Source of the DNA: Flectonema sp. DT1601
Lineage: Eukaryota
Direction of reading: 5' to 3'
Assembly (NCBI GenBank): GCA_964019425.1
Contig: OZ025796.1
Span: 620,001-684,000, forward strand
Length of the DNA: 64,000 bases
Shown in pieces: positions 33,201 to 42,577 of this stretch. Under the pieces are notes generated by a model that worked only from the letters and a program-made list of their open reading frames with translations, did no database searches and was not told the origin of the DNA. The position numbers and the translations under genes were made by a program. The number at the start of each line of letters is the position of its first letter. The first letter of the stretch is position 1.

Positions 33201-36200
33201 TCGCCCTCTCACGGAGGCGGAGCAGCAGGCGATGGGGGTGCGACCATGCACGATGTGTGGGTGTCTGACGGGAAGCAGCACCGGGGTCCACCCGAGATGT
33301 AGAGAAGCCATGGCGCTAGATGGGGGGGAGGAAGAGGTTCAGAACGCCCCGTGGCCAGACGAAAAAGAGCTTGGAGAGCTGCCGTCGTGGGAGGAGATAG
33401 GGGCGGCACAGGTAGTGGTGCCAAAAAAGTTGGACGAGAGGCTGACGATGTTGTGGGCGAGAGCTCTCATGGCAACATTGCAACGGATAGCACAGCGGAA
33501 TGACCCGCGGGCATGGAAGCTGCTATTGATGCTCCCGAAAGCATGCCTGGGAACGCCGGCGGTGCGGAAGGATGAGAAGGGGACAGAGACGCATAGGGAG
33601 AGGCTGACGAGCAGGCTGGAAGGATGGCTGAGGGGAGAGTATGTAGCGATGTGGAGCACGAGGGCAAAGAGGAACAAAAGACGACGGGAGAAGGAAACGA
33701 CACAGGGAGAACGGTATGAGCGGTGCTGCGCCCTGAGCAGGAGAGGGAGGTACGCGCAGGCTAATAAATGCCTGGTGTCGAGCGGGCTAGCGCCGAACGC
33801 GCCGGAAGTCCTGGCGGCGATGCAGACCATCCACCCGAGTCCCATGCACGAGAAGATAGACCTGGAGGGGGTGAGAACGGGGAACACAGTAGTGTCGCCG
33901 GAGGAAGCACTAGCATCGCTGAAGACATTCCCGAAGGACACGGGGGCCGGACCGTCGGGATTAAGCGTGGAGCTCCTGAAGCAAGCGTGCGACACGGGAC
34001 TGCGAGGGTTGATGCCAACGCTCTGCACTACATTAGAGCTACTGGTAAGAGGGAAAGTACCTTATGAGGCGGCACCGGTGTTGGCAGGAGCTCGCCTGAT
34101 CGCGCTGAAGAAAGAGCCGACCGGGTATAGACCAATAGCAGTAGGGGAATCACTGCGGAGGTGGGCGTGGAAGATAGTGCTAGCAAAAATAAGGCCCAAG
34201 ATACCAAACCTCTTAAAGCCAGGAGGACAGCTGGGGGTGGCGGTACCCAGTGGGGTGGAGGCGGTGTACGCAATAGTACGGGACTACGCGAGGAGGAACA
34301 GGGGGGCCAACAAGGCAATCCTGACCATTGATTTTGAGAACGCTTTTAACTGTGTCTCGAGGGCGGTGTTCCTGCGTGAGCTGGCGTCCACGCTGCCGGA
34401 ACTGTTGCCTTTGGCATCGTGGTGTTACGAGAGACCGACGAGCCTCTTTTTTGAGGATACCACGATTCCGTCGAGGGAGGGGGCCCAACAGGGGGATCCG
34501 GCGGGGCCTCTCCTTTTCTCACTCGGGATAAAAAGCCTACTGGAGGGACTCAAGAAGATGGGACTGGATGGAAGCCTCTGGTTCTTAGACGATGGAGTGT
34601 TGATGGGAGGCGTAGACGAACTAGCGAAGGCGTACGACTACCTGGTTCAAAAGGCATCAAGCCTGGGGCTAAAGGTAAAGGAGGCGAAGTGCGTATTCGT
34701 ACCTCTGCGGGTGGGCCTGGAACCGAAGGGGGGCTTGGAGAAGGTGAAACAAGAGTCCGAGGGAAACTTCACCATTCTCAAGCTACCGGTAGGGAGTGGG
34801 AGCTACTGCAAGGAATACCTGCTGCAGTACGTGACGAAGCTGAAGAAAGTAAGCGAGTCACTGACGATGCTACCGGATCGGCACGTAGCGCTGACCCAGC
34901 TACGATACTGCCATTCGTATGGGAAGATGGTATACTTGATGAGGTCAATGTACCTGGAGGACCAGCGATCAGGTCTGGCAGATTTCGATGCGGTGGTGAG
35001 AAGCGTGTTGCGGGGTCTCGTGGGTGGGGATATGGATGAGCGGGCGCACTTACAGGCGGAGCTACCTTTGCGGGAAGGGGGGGTGGGCCTGCGAAACTGT
35101 GGGAGACACGCGGCGGCGGGCAGAGCAGCGTCGGCCACTGCGACGAGGAAACTGTGCGTGGAGCTGGACGCCCAATACCAAGTCGACCCTGAGGAGTGGA
35201 GTGGGGTGTGTAAAGCGCTGACGCTGGAGACCTCGGAGGAGTGCGACCTGGACCTCGATAAGGTAGTGCGACAGAGAGAGCTGTCAATGAAGATCGACGC
35301 CTCGCTGAAAACGAAGATGGTCAACGACCTGAAGGGGAGCGGAGACCGAGAAAGACTTGCACACTTCAGAGCGGTGTCCATGCCGAGGGCGAGTGCGTGG
35401 TTGGCGGAGGCAAGCGACACGGGAACCGTGATGCCGTCGCAAATTTTCCGGACCGCGATCAGGGCGCACTTAGGGCTGGAGGTCTTACAGGCGGGACAGC
35501 TATGCAAGAGGTGCAACGCTAAGCTAGACCCTCGGGGGGTGCACGCAGGGATGTGTAACCGGGGGGCAACGCCAACCATACGCCATAACCTAGTCAGGGA
35601 TTTCCTGGCGAAGCAGGCAAGGGTGACGGGGATGTCCGTGGAAATGGAGCCGCAACGAATCCTAGATGGAGGGAGGAAACCGGCCGACATCCTGGTAAGC
35701 GAGGCAGTGCCGGGAACGACACGAAACTGGACAGGAAGACCGGCGGCGTACGACGTGACGGTCATCGAGGTATGCTCGCAGACAAGTCTGTCCCGGGGAT
35801 CGCACTTGGATGCGAGGCGGGTCATCCAGGCGAAGGAGAGGGAAAAGGTGAAGAAATACGGGGAGGAGTGTAGCTCGAAGGGAATAGCTTTCGTTCCTCT
35901 AGTCTTCACGCGCGACGGGGCCATGAATGAGGCAGCTGCGGCCTTCATCAAGGCGATTTCTCTGAGGACACGGAGACCGGCAGAGGCGTGGAGGGCACTG
36001 TCGAAAGAGATATCAACAACGCTAGCGTATAGCTGGGCGAGAGCGGTCGAAGATAGGGGGGAGTTGCTGATGGGGGGCGACGGAGCACCTATCAGTACGG
36101 ATCTACCCCCGATATTCAAGGAGGATGAGTGGGAAGACGAGATACAAGACCTGGTCGACAAGATGGGGAGCATCGGGGAGGGGCCAGACGAATCGGGGCG

Positions 36201-39200
36201 GTTACTGTCGGAGGCCGACCGGAGTGTGGGAAGGACTACCAGACCGGACGCTGCGCCGGAGATTGGCCAAGCCGCAAGAGATAGCACACAGAAGGCAGGC
36301 AACCAGAGGGAGGTGCAAGCCCCGGAAAGCGGGACGAGGTCCACCCTGCAGGAGCCGAAGGAACTGGAGCAGACTCACGGAGGGGCAGGGGAGCCGGGGG
36401 AGGCACGAACGGAGGAACCGTCAACTGAGGAATCTGGAGTCGGAGGGAGGACGCCGGCGGAGGGACCAACTCCGGACCGAGGGAACGCAATCACGGAGCC
36501 TTCACGAGCTGAGGGACCGGGACCCACGACGAAAGAGACAGGACGGTTGCCGGGCGCCCCGGTGGTGAAGCTGGTAGTTTCGGAAGGCAAGCCAGGAAGT
36601 GTTCCAAGGTTCAAAGGACATGGCAGAGATGTGATGGCCCAGCTAGAGCGAGATATGGCGGACCTAGACATCACGAAGCGGCCGTTATTGTCCTACGAGG
36701 CGTCGGGAAAACAAGATGACAAGTGGGCCACATCGGATGTGAGGGGATTTGAGAACACGAGAGGGACGTGCTACGCCGCAGCAACAGTCTGCAGCCTAAT
36801 ATGGGCCACACCACTAATAGGGTTGATGAGAGAGAAAGAAACGGCGGATAAAACGTGCGTAGGGGGATGTCTCGCCTGTGTACTGTGGAAGATGTCTAAA
36901 GAAGACCACCCAAGACTGGACGGGTTAATGGAGGAGACACGAGTCACGATCCAGGACTTCACGGCGGACACGGTCAGGAAGGAGATAACAAGGTATTCTT
37001 TGGCAGGAGGTTCGCCATTGGCTTTCCTTAAACAGATCCTAAATAACCTGGCACTGAAGGAGTGCGCGGTGTGGGGGGGGACTCTGAGGAGCCTGTTCGA
37101 ATCCAGATTGAAAGCGACACACAGGTGTGTATGTGGGTTTGTGAGGCAGGAGGTGCAGCTGAGTTTCATGGTCTTGGACCCAAAGACCAAGCCGGAGACA
37201 GCAAAGATCATCCTCTTAGGAGGGCCGCTCGAAGAAGAGACGAAGAGTCCAACGATCTGCGAGAGGTGTAGATCGCCAAACAGAGACTGCACTGTGCAGT
37301 GGAGATTCGCCGAGATGCCGCCGATCCTGTTCGCGAAGGAGAGAGTGGAACAGACGACGAGGGCCGCCTTTCAGGTAGAGACTGAAAGCGGGCCACGCAG
37401 TTATGTTTTAACGGGGAGTGTATGTGGCAATGGGAGACATGCAATGACAATGGTAAGAACGCCGAGGAACCGATGGGCATGTGTGAGCGACGAACGGGTG
37501 CAGAGCAAAGAAGGACCAGGCACGGGGCCGCTTTATTGGGTGTATACGAGAATCGAAGGAACGGAGGGTCTGTTAAGTGAGAAGCTCCTCTCCATAGACC
37601 ACCGCATGCGGACAAGCCGAGCACTGAAGCCACGCCCAATGGACGATAAATCGGGACGAGCGAGGCGGTGGTACTTTGACCAAAAAACACAAGTAGCGAA
37701 GGAGGCGGTGGTAGAAAGGAGGGAAGAGCCAGTTCTGCATGTGGAAAAGCCGAGGGCAGAGCAACCACCATCCCCGTCGGAGCCGAAACCTTTGGAGCCA
37801 GCATCAAACGGAGACATTGCGAAACTGACGCAAGAGACGAAGGAAGAGCCACCAGTACAAACTAACCGCTCCAAAGGGGACGGTGGGCAGCAGGCGCTGC
37901 CGCCGCCCCAGCTGCTCAAGTCTGAGGCGCGGAGTCCAGAGCGGGCAGAAGGCTCAACAACGGAACCAATGCGAATGGACGGGAGCGACCAGACTAAAGA
38001 CGTCACCGAACCGTCGGCGGGGATAGGATTGCACGCAGGAGGGAATTACTCGGACACATCCCTGTCGCTATCGGAACCGCCGCCTGTGAAACCCCACGGA
38101 AATGTCGAGACTTTGGAGCCAGCATCAAACGGAGACATTGCGAAGCTGACGCAGGAGACGAAGGAAGCGCCACCAGTACAAACTAACCGCTCCGAAGGGG
38201 ACGGTGGGCAACAGGCGCCGCCGCCGCCCCAGCTGCTCAAGTCTGAGGCGCGGAGTCCAGAGCGGGCAGAAGGCTCAACAACGGAACCAATGCGAATGGA
38301 CGGGAGCGACCAGACGAAAGACGTCACCGAACCGTCGGCGGGGATAGGATCGCACGCAGGAGGGAATCACTCGGACACATCCCTGTCGCTATCGGAACCG
38401 CCGCCTGTGAAACCCCACGAAAATGTCGAGCGGATGCCACAGGGACTGAGTGCGGTGCCATTGACGCTGTCAAAGCAACCGGAGGACCAGGATAGACGAC
38501 AGACACCGCCGGCTCCCCAGCAGTCCGTATTAAAACTACAAGAAACAGGACAGGATTTGCTACAGGTCCCGGTGAAAGTAGCCGAGCGGTCGAAAGAACC
38601 GGAGGCGCCGCCTGCGGTAAAAGAAGAGTCGAACCTGCCGGCGAGGAACCTTTCACCACCGGTGTCTATTTCAACACCAAGCCAGGACGTGCGGACGCCT
38701 ACGCAGCCGTTGCGTGATCCCGAGCAGGGAGAACCGCATGCACTTGTGAAACCGACAGAGGGCGCACAGACGCAAGCGAATGGATTGGTTTCAGAAGGAG
38801 CAGCCCCACAGAAGAGCAGAAGGGAGCCGACAGAACCTAAGACGTCTAGGGAGCAAGGTCTAAAACTGGGCTTTTACGCAACAGGACCGACCACGTGGGA
38901 GACAGCACCGTGGGAAGGAGAGCAAGACCCAGAGGAGGCCCAACAAAAGAGGGAGCCACTGGTACCACAGGAAGCAAACGCTCGGGAGGAAGACCGCGAG
39001 GGATATGACGAACCGACAGCGCGTGGAACAGACGGAGGAGCTGATGTACAGATGGAGAACTATGAGAGCCAGGAAGGGGCGAACTCCCAGGAACTAATGG
39101 AGGAAGTTACAGGGGAGATTGCCGAAACGAGCGAGCCGCTAGCGTATGGAATGGATGAAGGGGGTGATATACTCATGGAGGACTGTGAACCGGAATCAAA

Positions 39201-42126
39201 CCTTTTCTGCACGCGGGTAGCGCCAGCGGCCCCGTGTCTTGGTAGCAGAGGCCCGGACGTCACCGAACCGCAGAGCCAAGGGGGTGGGACGAATATCCAG
39301 ACGCGGACCACCTGGATGGAGGGCCTGACGAACCTCGGAGACTCGTGTTACCTGAACGCCACCTTGCAGGCACTACTGAAGGGGTCGCATGTGGATTTCC
39401 AGCGGGCACGGAACACCCCTCACGTATGCGGGACGAGGTGCACAGTGTGCGCACTAGCACTGGTGCAGGGAGGTGGGTCGCAAGGAGAGATAACGAGGAT
39501 CACAAGAGAATGGATGGGAAGAGGACAACAGGACGCCCACGGAGCCCTACTACACATAGTGTCGGACCTGCAGGAAAGAGCAAGACCAGGCGACCTCTTA
39601 GCAAACGCTTTCACATGCATGGTGGCAGTAGAACGCACGTGCATATGCTGTGGCGGAGGGAGCCAATCAATCGAGCTGGACTGCGGCCTGATACTGCGGG
39701 GATGGGACCTACAGTCGGCACTGGAGTCGACGACGATACCACAGGACTACGTGTGCGGACTGTGCGGTACGGGGTCTTTGCAGGAGCGCAGGATCTTGAT
39801 GGAGGCGCCGGAAACGATGATCGTATGCATTGTGAACGAGAATGCCACGAAAATGGCGCTGGGAGAACAAGTGTCGATGCGGAACAGCAAGATACAGGCC
39901 GACTATAGGGTGTCCGCTGTGGTGGTCCATCAGGGGTGTCTGGGATCGGGTCACTACACGTCTTTCACCCTATCACCGGGCGGCTGGAGGTACCAGGACG
40001 ATGAGGTGGAGCGAGCAACAAGCTGGCGAGAGGTGCTGTCGTCTGTCCCTTACGTGCTATTCCTGCGAAGACAAGCTACAAAGGAGATGTTCTGCGCAAA
40101 TGAAGTTCCGATGATGCCACGACTAGCTCCACAGGTGGTCAGGGTAACGCCCCCAGAGCAGCACGGAATGGAAGGAAGGGATTATAGGCAAGTGAACAGT
40201 GAAATGCTCATACGGCCTGGAACGCAAAAGTCACGGACACAGTGTGAAGTACCACAATCAACACGGACCCAAAACCCACCGAACCTGCTAAGGACGGTGA
40301 AGACACTAGGTCGGTGCGAGAAGAAGAACGCCACGCGTGTCACAATACGAGCACACACAACGAAAGGCCAGAGGAGTCAACCGGCGACGCGAATGGAGAG
40401 CAAGTTCAAGCTCTATGCTATCTCGAAGGGAAGGGGACGCACTACCATCGTGAATAGCTGGGCAGAGGCCGAGAAACAGACGAAGGGACTCTCTTGCGCT
40501 GTTTATCAGGGCTTCAATAATGGAGAGGAGGCGGAGGCTTTCCTGAGAAGCACTGACCCAGAGTATAAGACAGCAGACAAGCCAGTAAAAGGCCCACGCA
40601 GAAATCGGCGGTACGCGGTCCCGTGTGGACGGCGTCCAGGAACGTACAGCACATGGAGTGAAGCCTCACTGCAAGTGCTACGCTGTCCAGGTGGGAAGGT
40701 GAAGAAGCTTTGCACGGACAGGAGAGCACGGGAGTACGTCGAAGAGCACAGAGCCACGAAAGGGTTAACGCAGCCAACACCACCACATCCAGCTGTGTAC
40801 CTTTTCTTAGGCAAAACCGGAAGGGCGTGCCTGGTGCGGAGTGGCGGAGGACCAGTGATGAAGAAGTGGCATGAGACCACAGGAGAGGAAAAAGACCCCA
40901 TGCTGGCCGCACTAGAATTGGCACTGGAATGGGTCACAGGGAAGGGCCTCCTGGAGGGACCCGTGGAAGTGCAAGCATACGCACCCTTGGAACAGTGGAC
41001 GAGAGAACGGTGGGAGAAATTCGGGGCGATAAGTAGCGTGGTAAGGGCACGAGGACTAGTGTTGAGGCTGGCGGACCTACCTGTCGAAGTAAAGCACACA
41101 GCTTACCAGTGGGTGTGCCAAGTGATGACAGGCGAAACAGAGGTAGAACAGAAACCGAAGCCAGCGGAACCAGTCGAGGAGCCGAAGGAAGGATCGGCAG
41201 ATCCCCACCATGGACGTGAGCCCCGAATAGGATGGCGCCCAAGTGCGATCCATGAGCCTGAGGAGGGAGTGCGAGGACAGTCGGAACCGGAAGCGGCTTT
41301 TAGAGATTCGAAGAAGAGGGCGAAGATCGAGCTCATAGAATGGCACTCTGAAAAGCCCATCTATGAACTGTTCTACGCAGCAACACAGAGGGAGACGAGA
41401 ACGTGTGTTGTAAGTGGCGGTGAAGTGATCCACATGTGGAGATTCCCCCTCAAGGAATGCTCGCCGAACCGCGAGGGTAAGGCGTTAGGGATCGGGATGG
41501 CGCAGCTGCTAAGTTACGGAGACGCAGTGAAGGAAATAGTGGCGTACGGCTCACTCGAGCACTCAGTAGAGTCACACCGACGATACATCGAGGTCTCGCA
41601 GAGAATGGCGCATCGACTTGGATCAACGCTGAGGCTGGAGCGCCTGCCCCCCGAAGCCAGCGAAGAGGCCTACCGATGGGTGAGAGGTGAGGAAAAAGTC
41701 GGGAGGAGATTGTTAAAGTGGAAGGAGGAGAACGGTAAGGAAGTCTCACAGGCGGTAACAAGCACACACGAGAAAAATATTGTGCCTGAAACCACCACGG
41801 AGCCTACCATGGACCATGACTCAGACAAGATGACGTCAGACTCGAGCTCGATCTGCTCCCCACCGACACAAGAAGACCGCCCCCCAGTAGGGATGTGTGG
41901 GTGCGGAAAGGAGATACCGCAAGCAGCGATCAAGAATCCGGTGAAACACCCGACGAAGGGATGGTGTGATAGGTGTGGAGAGCGGATCGCGAAGGGAACG
42001 CGGGTAGTCATGTGCGTGAAGTGTGACTACGCTGAATGCTGCGGATTGTTGGAGAGATCGCGGCGTGGGAAAGAGAAGAGGAAAAGGAAATCACGGGGAT
42101 CGCGATCGAAAAACGATGCCATGTGA
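30295..42126 (+). CDS. RLE element 1 polyprotein (~3940 aa): repeats - ZnF - OTU - ZnF - RT - restriction-like endonuclease - 2x USP-like - 2x RNase H1 N-terminal (viroplasmin-like) - Cys-rich finger
   Basis: GDGDCMFRA..WG..HYE (OTU); YRPIAVGE, DFENAFN, GAQQGDP, FLDD (CRE/SLACS-type RT); CxxC..H...C, RHN, KPADI, EREKVKKY (RLE); GFENTRGTCY and GLTNLGDSCYLNA..QQDAH..GHY..DD (USP); YAISKGR..W and YAVPCGRRPGTYSTW. Confidence 0.9.
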   Translation: MLPRNDTELTSRMVKEHPNGTAPGSYAEAGPGALTVSYSGSGHDVFGEGTAPGSCAEAGPGAFTVSYSGSGHNVFGEGTAPVSYAEAGPGALTVSHSRSGHNVFGEGTAPGSYAEAGPGALTVSYSGSGHKVFGEGTAPVSYAEAGPGALTVSHSRSGHSVFGEGTAPGSYAEAGPGALTVSYSGSGHDVFGEGTAPGSCAEAGPGAFTVSYSGSGHNVFGEGTAPVSYAEAGPGALTVSHSRSGHNVFGEGTAPGSYAEAGPGALTVSYSGSGHDVFGEGTAPVSYAEAGPGAFTVSYSGSGHKVFGEGTAPGSCAEAGPGALTVLYSGGRHKVFGEGTAPGSCAEAGPGALTVLYSGGRHDVFGEGTAPVSYAEAGPGAFTVLYSGSRHKVFGEGTAPGSCAEAGPGALTVSYSGSGHNVFGEGTAPGSYAEAGPGALTVSYSGSGHNVIGEGAAPVGCAEAGPGALALVPYSRSRHNVFGEGAAPRRYAETGPREPTLVSYTRRGHSQSKTNRTLGAGSETASTRGPGMNTTMAHEQEYTKRWRAMLELEILRDMPGLGTHMATGILPSLACQKLEPTIWLFPQPKLVGCAGTNETERYQEEITQQVRGPNRASDRWRLSPPARWHKKQEKKREKARKTKSGGRTKEERAPEDEQSTSKPRSSCKQQPHEMRGGGASCPVCEWSGTENGLLAHIDGKHKGQLGQDQWADCGMKACGHCGRAMKGTASMHPRCRKLSSSREVEGEATPSTSIELQREFPRVSVTKTKGDGDCMFRAILLAKGEWNRRVGARVLRKRLAEYMRGEERTDQWFVNGLAKEDYAVRLENKGWGDNVALQVAADQMGVVIIVWEAGRLLKMLPLRRTEDIPLWIVLDKEHYEAVLQADAEMLNRVEERAEAVYVLKLSEQTAEEAAVRIGLGTGPSAGLRGSGPYYCPRGECSRSRAQRFEGYKNWGGLLGHLNKEHLLSDRPLTEAEQQAMGVRPCTMCGCLTGSSTGVHPRCREAMALDGGEEEVQNAPWPDEKELGELPSWEEIGAAQVVVPKKLDERLTMLWARALMATLQRIAQRNDPRAWKLLLMLPKACLGTPAVRKDEKGTETHRERLTSRLEGWLRGEYVAMWSTRAKRNKRRREKETTQGERYERCCALSRRGRYAQANKCLVSSGLAPNAPEVLAAMQTIHPSPMHEKIDLEGVRTGNTVVSPEEALASLKTFPKDTGAGPSGLSVELLKQACDTGLRGLMPTLCTTLELLVRGKVPYEAAPVLAGARLIALKKEPTGYRPIAVGESLRRWAWKIVLAKIRPKIPNLLKPGGQLGVAVPSGVEAVYAIVRDYARRNRGANKAILTIDFENAFNCVSRAVFLRELASTLPELLPLASWCYERPTSLFFEDTTIPSREGAQQGDPAGPLLFSLGIKSLLEGLKKMGLDGSLWFLDDGVLMGGVDELAKAYDYLVQKASSLGLKVKEAKCVFVPLRVGLEPKGGLEKVKQESEGNFTILKLPVGSGSYCKEYLLQYVTKLKKVSESLTMLPDRHVALTQLRYCHSYGKMVYLMRSMYLEDQRSGLADFDAVVRSVLRGLVGGDMDERAHLQAELPLREGGVGLRNCGRHAAAGRAASATATRKLCVELDAQYQVDPEEWSGVCKALTLETSEECDLDLDKVVRQRELSMKIDASLKTKMVNDLKGSGDRERLAHFRAVSMPRASAWLAEASDTGTVMPSQIFRTAIRAHLGLEVLQAGQLCKRCNAKLDPRGVHAGMCNRGATPTIRHNLVRDFLAKQARVTGMSVEMEPQRILDGGRKPADILVSEAVPGTTRNWTGRPAAYDVTVIEVCSQTSLSRGSHLDARRVIQAKEREKVKKYGEECSSKGIAFVPLVFTRDGAMNEAAAAFIKAISLRTRRPAEAWRALSKEISTTLAYSWARAVEDRGELLMGGDGAPISTDLPPIFKEDEWEDEIQDLVDKMGSIGEGPDESGRLLSEADRSVGRTTRPDAAPEIGQAARDSTQKAGNQREVQAPESGTRSTLQEPKELEQTHGGAGEPGEARTEEPSTEESGVGGRTPAEGPTPDRGNAITEPSRAEGPGPTTKETGRLPGAPVVKLVVSEGKPGSVPRFKGHGRDVMAQLERDMADLDITKRPLLSYEASGKQDDKWATSDVRGFENTRGTCYAAATVCSLIWATPLIGLMREKETADKTCVGGCLACVLWKMSKEDHPRLDGLMEETRVTIQDFTADTVRKEITRYSLAGGSPLAFLKQILNNLALKECAVWGGTLRSLFESRLKATHRCVCGFVRQEVQLSFMVLDPKTKPETAKIILLGGPLEEETKSPTICERCRSPNRDCTVQWRFAEMPPILFAKERVEQTTRAAFQVETESGPRSYVLTGSVCGNGRHAMTMVRTPRNRWACVSDERVQSKEGPGTGPLYWVYTRIEGTEGLLSEKLLSIDHRMRTSRALKPRPMDDKSGRARRWYFDQKTQVAKEAVVERREEPVLHVEKPRAEQPPSPSEPKPLEPASNGDIAKLTQETKEEPPVQTNRSKGDGGQQALPPPQLLKSEARSPERAEGSTTEPMRMDGSDQTKDVTEPSAGIGLHAGGNYSDTSLSLSEPPPVKPHGNVETLEPASNGDIAKLTQETKEAPPVQTNRSEGDGGQQAPPPPQLLKSEARSPERAEGSTTEPMRMDGSDQTKDVTEPSAGIGSHAGGNHSDTSLSLSEPPPVKPHENVERMPQGLSAVPLTLSKQPEDQDRRQTPPAPQQSVLKLQETGQDLLQVPVKVAERSKEPEAPPAVKEESNLPARNLSPPVSISTPSQDVRTPTQPLRDPEQGEPHALVKPTEGAQTQANGLVSEGAAPQKSRREPTEPKTSREQGLKLGFYATGPTTWETAPWEGEQDPEEAQQKREPLVPQEANAREEDREGYDEPTARGTDGGADVQMENYESQEGANSQELMEEVTGEIAETSEPLAYGMDEGGDILMEDCEPESNLFCTRVAPAAPCLGSRGPDVTEPQSQGGGTNIQTRTTWMEGLTNLGDSCYLNATLQALLKGSHVDFQRARNTPHVCGTRCTVCALALVQGGGSQGEITRITREWMGRGQQDAHGALLHIVSDLQERARPGDLLANAFTCMVAVERTCICCGGGSQSIELDCGLILRGWDLQSALESTTIPQDYVCGLCGTGSLQERRILMEAPETMIVCIVNENATKMALGEQVSMRNSKIQADYRVSAVVVHQGCLGSGHYTSFTLSPGGWRYQDDEVERATSWREVLSSVPYVLFLRRQATKEMFCANEVPMMPRLAPQVVRVTPPEQHGMEGRDYRQVNSEMLIRPGTQKSRTQCEVPQSTRTQNPPNLLRTVKTLGRCEKKNATRVTIRAHTTKGQRSQPATRMESKFKLYAISKGRGRTTIVNSWAEAEKQTKGLSCAVYQGFNNGEEAEAFLRSTDPEYKTADKPVKGPRRNRRYAVPCGRRPGTYSTWSEASLQVLRCPGGKVKKLCTDRRAREYVEEHRATKGLTQPTPPHPAVYLFLGKTGRACLVRSGGGPVMKKWHETTGEEKDPMLAALELALEWVTGKGLLEGPVEVQAYAPLEQWTRERWEKFGAISSVVRARGLVLRLADLPVEVKHTAYQWVCQVMTGETEVEQKPKPAEPVEEPKEGSADPHHGREPRIGWRPSAIHEPEEGVRGQSEPEAAFRDSKKRAKIELIEWHSEKPIYELFYAATQRETRTCVVSGGEVIHMWRFPLKECSPNREGKALGIGMAQLLSYGDAVKEIVAYGSLEHSVESHRRYIEVSQRMAHRLGSTLRLERLPPEASEEAYRWVRGEEKVGRRLLKWKEENGKEVSQAVTSTHEKNIVPETTTEPTMDHDSDKMTSDSSSICSPPTQEDRPPVGMCGCGKEIPQAAIKNPVKHPTKGWCDRCGERIAKGTRVVMCVKCDYAECCGLLERSRRGKEKRKRKSRGSRSKNDAM
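30352..31830 (+). repeat. 87-bp (29-aa) coding tandem repeat, about 17 units
   Basis: GTAPGSYAEAGPGALTVSYSGSGHDVFGE reiterated, degenerating at the 3' end. Confidence 0.95.
37792..38430 (+). repeat. 321-bp in-frame tandem duplication between the two USP-like domains
   Basis: LEPASNGDIAKLTQETKE... occurs at 37792 and 38113. Confidence 0.9.
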
Positions 42127-42538
42127 GAAGCATGAAACGGAAAGTGAATGAACGGAAAAAATTAAATGTAAAGAAGTGAACTTGTAAAAAATGTAAAGAA
42201 GCAAACATGTTAAAAGAAAAATGAAAAAAAAAAAAAAAAAAGAAGAGTGAAAAGGAAGACAGAGTTGTATGTAAACTGTATGTAAATGTAAGAAGAAAGA
42301 AAAAACACGCTGGAAGTGGGAGTGCAACCATCAGCGCAAACACAACCACAAATATTGTTTTTTTTTTTTTCCTTTTTCTTTTCTTCGCTTCGGCGACAGA
42401 TATGGTAGGACCTAGAAAACCGGCCCAAAACTTGTGTTGCAGTTTATCTTTTTAGCGCACACTCATGTAACATAAGGATCGCTGGTTCCGAGGGTTTGCT
42501 CTCCTGCCATACTTGCCTCTCACCTCCCTCAAAAAAAA

Positions 42539-42577
42539 AACCAACGATTCTAAAGCTACAGTTTCTGTACTTTATTG
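42539..42577 (+). other. Second complete 39-nt spliced-leader exon
   Basis: Identical to 29271-29309; follows the RLE-1 poly(A) and is joined to the first 462-bp unit. Confidence 0.92.

Noticed and set aside
29271..42577. SL RNA genes used as insertion targets (classic SLACS/CRE behaviour)
   Set aside because: Both SLs are uninterrupted and joined to exon-like sequence, not to the GT-starting SL intron, so they look like processed RNA ends.
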